Part shown: positions 58,802 to 64,000 of the stretch, in pieces
How the letters are laid out: each line of letters opens with the position of its first letter
Position numbering within the stretch: position 1 is the first letter of the stretch
NCBI GenBank assembly: GCA_965649225.1
Contig: CBFGJX010000003.1
Span: 64,001 to 128,000 of the forward strand
Reading direction: 5' to 3'
DNA length: 64,000 nt
Source of the DNA: a candidate division WOR-3 bacterium
Lineage (GTDB): Bacteria > Hydrothermota > Tepidihabitantia > Tepidihabitantales > Tepidihabitantaceae
Position numbers and translations under genes: made by a program
The notes under the pieces: model-generated
Databases searched by the model: none
Seen by the model: the letters and a program-made list of their open reading frames with translations, nothing else
Told to the model about the DNA's origin: nothing

Positions 58802-59644
58802 ATGCTCGAGTTGCCCGAGATCGAGGTCATCCGGGAACGGCTGCGCCTCTCGCTTGTCGGCCGGCGAATCATATCGGTTGACGCCTTAGAACGCCGGGCG
58901 CTGGTGACCCGTCGGATACCGCCGGCCGCTCTCGTCGGGACTCATCTCGGCTCGATCATCAGACGAGGACGCCTGCTGGTGTTTGAAACCGACGCCGGCA
59001 CGGCGTTCTGCGCCCGCCTTGGCCGCACCGGCTTTTACAGCCTGCGCCCCAACGCCGCTCCGGTTTCACCCCGTGCAGTACTGGGTTTCACCACTGCCGA
59101 GGCGGGACTGGACATAATTGAAGGCGGCCGCCGTCTCCGCGTCGAACTGGCAATCGCTGACAAAACAACCAATCTGCCCTGGCTGGGCCGCACCGGCCTT
59201 GATCCGCTTGACCCTGCGTTCACCCTTACCGCGCTGCGCTCAAGGCTGTCGCGGTGCGACTGCACTCTGCGACTGGCCCTGTCCGACAACCACGTTATCG
59301 CCGGACTCGGCGACGCCTTTGCCGACGAGGTCCTTTTTGAGGCCCGGCTTTCTCCGTTTGAACCCAGCGCACTGCTTGGCCCCGCCGAAGCAGTCCGGCT
59401 TCACCTTGCCATCAAGAAGACCGTTTCCAGTGCTGTGGTTCGCTACCGAACACTGCCAGCCGGCACTTTGCCGGACGAAACCCATCGCGACTTCCTGCGC
59501 ATTCATCAGCGAGCCGGTCAACCGTGTCAGGTCTGCGGTACGCTCATCAAAACCGTACGCGAAGGCAGTCTGACCTCATTTTACTGCCCGACCTGCCAGA
59601 CCCACGGCATCGAACTTGCTGACCGCAACGCCCCGCTCCGCTGA
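58802..59644 (+). CDS. Fpg/MutM-family DNA glycosylase homologue with substituted catalytic residues
   Basis: MLELPEIE start, H2TH IAGLGDAFADEVLF, zinc finger CQVC..CPTCQ. Confidence 0.85.
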   Translation: MLELPEIEVIRERLRLSLVGRRIISVDALERRALVTRRIPPAALVGTHLGSIIRRGRLLVFETDAGTAFCARLGRTGFYSLRPNAAPVSPRAVLGFTTAEAGLDIIEGGRRLRVELAIADKTTNLPWLGRTGLDPLDPAFTLTALRSRLSRCDCTLRLALSDNHVIAGLGDAFADEVLFEARLSPFEPSALLGPAEAVRLHLAIKKTVSSAVVRYRTLPAGTLPDETHRDFLRIHQRAGQPCQVCGTLIKTVREGSLTSFYCPTCQTHGIELADRNAPLR

Positions 59645-59733
59645 GCCGTTCGCAGACCCCACCCTCAACGCAATCGGCTGATAACAGCTGATCGTTAGGC
59701 TGTCGCAGCTGCCTGCAAACTGGCTCCAACGGC

Positions 59734-59768
59734 AGCGGCGGGCGACCAGCCGGTCACCCGCCGCTTTT
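59734..59768. terminator. Terminator hairpin between convergent genes
   Basis: AGCGGCGGGCGACC-AGCC-GGTCACCCGCCGCT-TTT. Confidence 0.8.
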
Positions 59769-59783
59769 CTCCGACTGAACGGA

Positions 59784-62700
59784 CTACCGCTCGACCACGA
59801 CCTTGGTGGCGGCAGTCAGGTCCCGGCTCTCGAGCCGGACCAGATAGACGCCGGCGGCAATTCCGCGCAGGTCAAGGTCAATCCTGCCGGTACGCACCGC
59901 AACAAACGCCCGCCGCATCACGATTCGGCCGGCAGCGTCAAACACACTCACTACCACCGGCCCGCCTCTCGGCAGGCTGTAATGCAGCGTCGTCCGTCCT
60001 GCTGCCAGCGGATTAGGCGCCAGCGCGACACTGCCCGACGGCATCGTTGTCGCTCCCTGGACACCCGAACGCGGAGCCTGACTGAACACACCCGGCAGCT
60101 GATAGTACCGCCAGAACTCGAGCGTCTTGTTGCCCTTCGCAGTGAAGAAGCCACCGTTGCCGAACGAGACAACATCGGCGCCGGCCTTGACACGCTTCTT
60201 CTTGTTGGTGGAGCCAAAAGCCGGCATCGTGTCCAGCTCTTCCCAGACATTGGCGGCAATGTCATAGCGATACCAGTCCTGGGTATTGCCGCCCTTCAGC
60301 GCCCAGATTCCACCGGCGAAGTACGCTGCCGAACCACCGTCCTTGCTCTTCTTGCTCTTGCCGGTCTGGCGATTGAGCAACGTCATACCCACCAGTGGTT
60401 GAGTATTCCACGTGCCGGTACTGAGGTCGAAGGTGTAGAACTCGTGATACTTCGCCTTGTGCACATACAGCCGATTGCCGCCGTCATGCACGAGCCAGGA
60501 ACCTTTGTCGTACTTTGGCCTGGTGCCGGCCGGGGCATCGGGCAGGGTCTCCCAAACCCCGGTCGCCACATTGTAACGATAGAACTCGTTCTTGTAACCC
60601 TTCAGCAGGTAAACATAGCCTGAGTCGCCACGCTGAACATATACCAGATCGGTCCCGCCTTTGACCTTCTTGTTCGAGGCGCCGGCAGGAACATCGGCCA
60701 GCTGGTAGAACGAGTCGCGCTGGACGTCGTAGCGCCAGAAACCAAGGGTGTTATTGCCCTTGGTGAAATAGACATAGCGATTACCATCGGCTGTCCCGGC
60801 CGCACCCTTCTTGGGCAGCTTGTTTTCCGTTCCAGCCGGGATCTCCCGCTTGAGACTCCAGCGATTTGCCAAGGGCTCGTAGCCGTAGAAGTCTCCGGTC
60901 TTGTTACCCTTCGCCACGTAGATCGTCTGATTGCCGGTCATCATCGCGGCCCAGCCACCGTCCTTGACCGCCTTGCCCGATGGCCCGACCGGTACCCCGG
61001 CAACCTCGTGCCAGCCGGCCGGCCACTGCGGGCCGGTCGCAACCAGGAACCGCGATTCGAGCACGTCGTTGGCCGGATTCGGGTCGCCGGAGGCATAGGT
61101 CGAACAGCGGGCGGTCCAGTAACCGGTATCCATGCCGACATTGTGCGTCGGAAAACTGATGACGGTGTCGCGGCCACCGGCAAGACCCTCGACGTTCACC
61201 GACCGGTTATAGACCCGGCTGCCGCCCGGACTGGTGAGCGCAAAGAACGCCCGGAAACTGGCCGGCACGGTGCCGTTGTTGCGCCAGCGGCCCTGCGGTG
61301 TCACGGTGGCATTGGTGTCGACCACGCCGGTCGGCGCAACGACAGCAGCCACGGCAATATCCGCAGTCTGACGGGTGACAGTGAAAGTACCGGTGACGAG
61401 GTCGTTGGTGGTGTTCTGGTCACCGGCGAGGAAGGTTGAGCAGCGCGCCGAATAGCCGCCACTCACCGGGAAGCTCGTCGGCGTGAACTCCACCGTGTCA
61501 ACTGCCCCGGCAGGCAATGCAACAACCTGAACCGAATCGAGATACCGGGTAACGCCACCGGGAGTGCTGACACAGCGGAACCAGGTCCAGAACGTCTCCG
61601 GTTCGGCGCCCAGATTGGCCACGACTGCCTGCGGTGTTACCACCACCGAAGTGTCGAACGTACCGGTTGGTGCCAGAATCGTCCTCGCCGCGACGTCATG
61701 GGCGATCGTGCCGACAACCCAGAAGGTATCGAACTTGATATTGTTGGCCGGATTGAGATCGGTCATCAGCAGTTCAGCCCGGTCCAGCCACATGCCGGGT
61801 TGTGAGAACAGCGAATCCCGGAATTGAACTGAAGTGAAGCTGCCCGGGGCAAGACCGAACACGGTCTCTTCGTCCGCCCACGCACCAATCGTGAAGCGGA
61901 CCGGCACCACCGGCTCGGTCGTGTTGCCGTAGTTGCGGATAACACATTCAGGATGCAGCCAGGTTGAATCCGGCACTGTGTCCACCGGCGCGACAATCCG
62001 GCTGATACCGATATCCCGGACGGCTACAAAGAACGAATCGCGCCGGCTGTCGTTCCAGTTCGTCGAGTCAAGCGCAAACTCAGTCGAGCAGGATACCGGG
62101 TGCCAGCCACGGGTGGTAAGCGTCAGTTCCGGGAAAACCAGCTCCCGCCGCTCGCCACTCGGCTGGGCGGCAACCTGCATCACCTCGTTGTAGCTCGTGC
62201 CAATCTTCATCCGCACCTGGTACGTGGCAGTCTGGGTCCCGAAGTTCTCAACCGTGCACACCGGCGCAACCACCGTACCCGAGTCAATCTGTCCGACCGG
62301 CGCCAGCAGCGCGTGGACACCGACATCATAGGGAACCCGGACGATAACCGTGTCGGTCAGTTTGTCATTGGCATGATAGACGTCGGTGCCAAGTCGGGTC
62401 GAGCAGGCGACGACGTGAACCCCGCCCTGGTTGTTGCCGACAATCCAGTCCTGCGGGAAAGTCACATACCGGCTCGTCCCGGGAACGTGGTTTATCACCA
62501 TGCCGAGCTGGTCATAGAAGGAACCGATCTGCATCCGGACCGAGTAGGAAACCGTCTCGGTGCCGTAGTTGAAGGTCGAGCAGGCCGGTGCAATCGTGTC
62601 GCCCGGATTGGCATAACGACCGGGAGCGATAATCCGGGTGCAGCCGACGTCGATACCGACGACTTCAAACGGCTCGGTCCAGGTGTCGTTCGCCGGGAAA

Positions 62701-63905
62701 GCATCACCGGCCAGCCCCAGCGAACACCGAACTGTGTAGGAACCGGCGGGCGAGGCAATCCAGATGCCAAAATTGATCGTATCCTCGCGGCCAGGCCCGA
62801 GCGTCTTGGTGCGGGTGAACGTGTGCGACCCGAACCGCATCGTGGCGGGGAAAGTCCGACTCTGCAGAGTGTCGTAGTTCCGGGCGGTGATGCGCAGACG
62901 CACGGTATCGCCGACGTTGTAGGTCGCGCGGGGCGCAATCACGCCGGTAATCCCGACATCGGACGGGAGCAGCCGATGCCAGCCGTCGAGCTTGTAGATC
63001 ATGTTTTCGGGATTCTGCATTATCCCGATCCAGTAGTCGCCCGAGCGCGGGTCCCAGGCTACACCACGAACGTTGTTGACATAACCCGAGAGATCGGGCA
63101 GGCGCTGACGGTTGATGATTGAAAAGTCATTGCGGTTCAGCTCAAACAGCACACAGGAATCCAGTATCCCCGAACCCGAAAAGAAGCTGTAAATCATCAG
63201 CAGCGAGGGCATGTTCGGGTTGGTGGTCGAATAGTCAAAGTCGATACACCTCGCTCCCGCGTAGGAGTATCCTAAATGGTCCAGCCCGGCCCGCTGCAGT
63301 ACCGTACCCATCGTGTCCATCACGTAGATTGAACAGGGGAAAACGCCCTCGCCCATCCGGTCAACGACGTAGAGCCGTTTGTTGCGTTCATCAAATGCGA
63401 TACCGGTGGGATAGTTAACCGCCGGCGACTGAAAACTGCGCGTGACTCCACCGCCGGCGGCATCAACCTTGTAAACCCGCTTGTACTTCGACGAATGAAC
63501 CCAGATTGAATTGTCGTAGCGGCAGTAAGCGATATCCTGGAACGAGTCGTTCACCGGCCCCGGAATCGAGGTAATCGCAATCGTGTCCTTGAGCATCGGA
63601 TTGGTCGAGTCGTCTGAACGGTAGCGGTGAAAAACGCTCTGCCAGAAATAAACCCCCAGCAGTTTGTCGCTCAGGCCGTTGTAGGCCATCCCGTAGTGAC
63701 CCCACTGCAAACCAGCCAGGTCACTCAGGCGGGCCGGTCCCCACAACACTGTCGGTGGCGGGTCCTGCTCCGGCACCTTCACCGGCGCGGCCCACTCGCC
63801 CCCGCCCAGGAACTCTCCATCCGGTGCGGGCGCGGCGGCATAAGCGACGGTAACCGTCAGTGCCGCGAGCAGCACGGCCATCGTTGTCACTCTACTGACG
63901 TGCAT
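59784..63905 (-). CDS. Large secreted protein: N-terminal propeller + 6 Ig-like (CARDB-like) repeats + Kelch-like propeller + T9SS-like CTD
   Basis: Signal peptide; PTGIAFD and GVAWDP blades; six D[VI][GA]xxxxxAP...ND repeats; LAPNP..FDAAGR..GVYLV; AAGGAGG RBS. Confidence 0.85.
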   Translation of the reverse strand: MHVSRVTTMAVLLAALTVTVAYAAAPAPDGEFLGGGEWAAPVKVPEQDPPPTVLWGPARLSDLAGLQWGHYGMAYNGLSDKLLGVYFWQSVFHRYRSDDSTNPMLKDTIAITSIPGPVNDSFQDIAYCRYDNSIWVHSSKYKRVYKVDAAGGGVTRSFQSPAVNYPTGIAFDERNKRLYVVDRMGEGVFPCSIYVMDTMGTVLQRAGLDHLGYSYAGARCIDFDYSTTNPNMPSLLMIYSFFSGSGILDSCVLFELNRNDFSIINRQRLPDLSGYVNNVRGVAWDPRSGDYWIGIMQNPENMIYKLDGWHRLLPSDVGITGVIAPRATYNVGDTVRLRITARNYDTLQSRTFPATMRFGSHTFTRTKTLGPGREDTINFGIWIASPAGSYTVRCSLGLAGDAFPANDTWTEPFEVVGIDVGCTRIIAPGRYANPGDTIAPACSTFNYGTETVSYSVRMQIGSFYDQLGMVINHVPGTSRYVTFPQDWIVGNNQGGVHVVACSTRLGTDVYHANDKLTDTVIVRVPYDVGVHALLAPVGQIDSGTVVAPVCTVENFGTQTATYQVRMKIGTSYNEVMQVAAQPSGERRELVFPELTLTTRGWHPVSCSTEFALDSTNWNDSRRDSFFVAVRDIGISRIVAPVDTVPDSTWLHPECVIRNYGNTTEPVVPVRFTIGAWADEETVFGLAPGSFTSVQFRDSLFSQPGMWLDRAELLMTDLNPANNIKFDTFWVVGTIAHDVAARTILAPTGTFDTSVVVTPQAVVANLGAEPETFWTWFRCVSTPGGVTRYLDSVQVVALPAGAVDTVEFTPTSFPVSGGYSARCSTFLAGDQNTTNDLVTGTFTVTRQTADIAVAAVVAPTGVVDTNATVTPQGRWRNNGTVPASFRAFFALTSPGGSRVYNRSVNVEGLAGGRDTVISFPTHNVGMDTGYWTARCSTYASGDPNPANDVLESRFLVATGPQWPAGWHEVAGVPVGPSGKAVKDGGWAAMMTGNQTIYVAKGNKTGDFYGYEPLANRWSLKREIPAGTENKLPKKGAAGTADGNRYVYFTKGNNTLGFWRYDVQRDSFYQLADVPAGASNKKVKGGTDLVYVQRGDSGYVYLLKGYKNEFYRYNVATGVWETLPDAPAGTRPKYDKGSWLVHDGGNRLYVHKAKYHEFYTFDLSTGTWNTQPLVGMTLLNRQTGKSKKSKDGGSAAYFAGGIWALKGGNTQDWYRYDIAANVWEELDTMPAFGSTNKKKRVKAGADVVSFGNGGFFTAKGNKTLEFWRYYQLPGVFSQAPRSGVQGATTMPSGSVALAPNPLAAGRTTLHYSLPRGGPVVVSVFDAAGRIVMRRAFVAVRTGRIDLDLRGIAAGVYLVRLESRDLTAATKVVVER

Positions 63906-64000
63906 CTTAGCCTCCTTGCTAAGGATAAGTTTCTTTGTCTTGGTGGATTGTTCCGGCTGAGCAGACTTTTGAGTGCAGACAGAACCAACCCACCAGGCTT

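Overview
High-GC bacterial chromosome segment from a diderm anaerobe. Lpt genes, a TonB-dependent receptor and four secreted proteins with T9SS/FlgD-like C-terminal sorting domains fit an FCB-related lineage such as candidate phylum WOR-3; this is inference, not a database result. Housekeeping and metabolic content: two MFS transporters, ktr/trk K+ uptake, a long minus-strand run (adk-map-infA-rpmJ-pyrG-acyltransferase-lptCAB-rpoN-selB-selD-mscS), a trimeric NADH-linked [FeFe]-hydrogenase with a divergent GAF kinase, xylA-like/xylB, GH43, a short purH, queH and porCDAB. Most notable: (1) a four-gene operon at 44.3-49.9 kb (unknown protein + two DUF2791/BrxD-like ATPases, one with a PcrA-type Tudor domain + Lhr-like helicase) that resembles but does not match the Shango and BREX defence modules; (2) SelD is itself a selenoprotein, with an in-frame UGA missed by the ORF track; (3) a candidate ECF-driven sRNA with three anti-SD CCUCC motifs; (4) about 11 sigma70-like promoters abutting start codons, implying leaderless mRNAs; (5) apparent pseudo-enzymes (an Fpg lacking Pro2, and a pair of degenerate PD-(D/E)xK-like paralogues); (6) non-bifurcating signatures in the hydrogenase and a Rex-like operator upstream of it. 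No rRNA, tRNA, CRISPR array, integrase or transposase was recognised. All family assignments come from motif recognition by eye.
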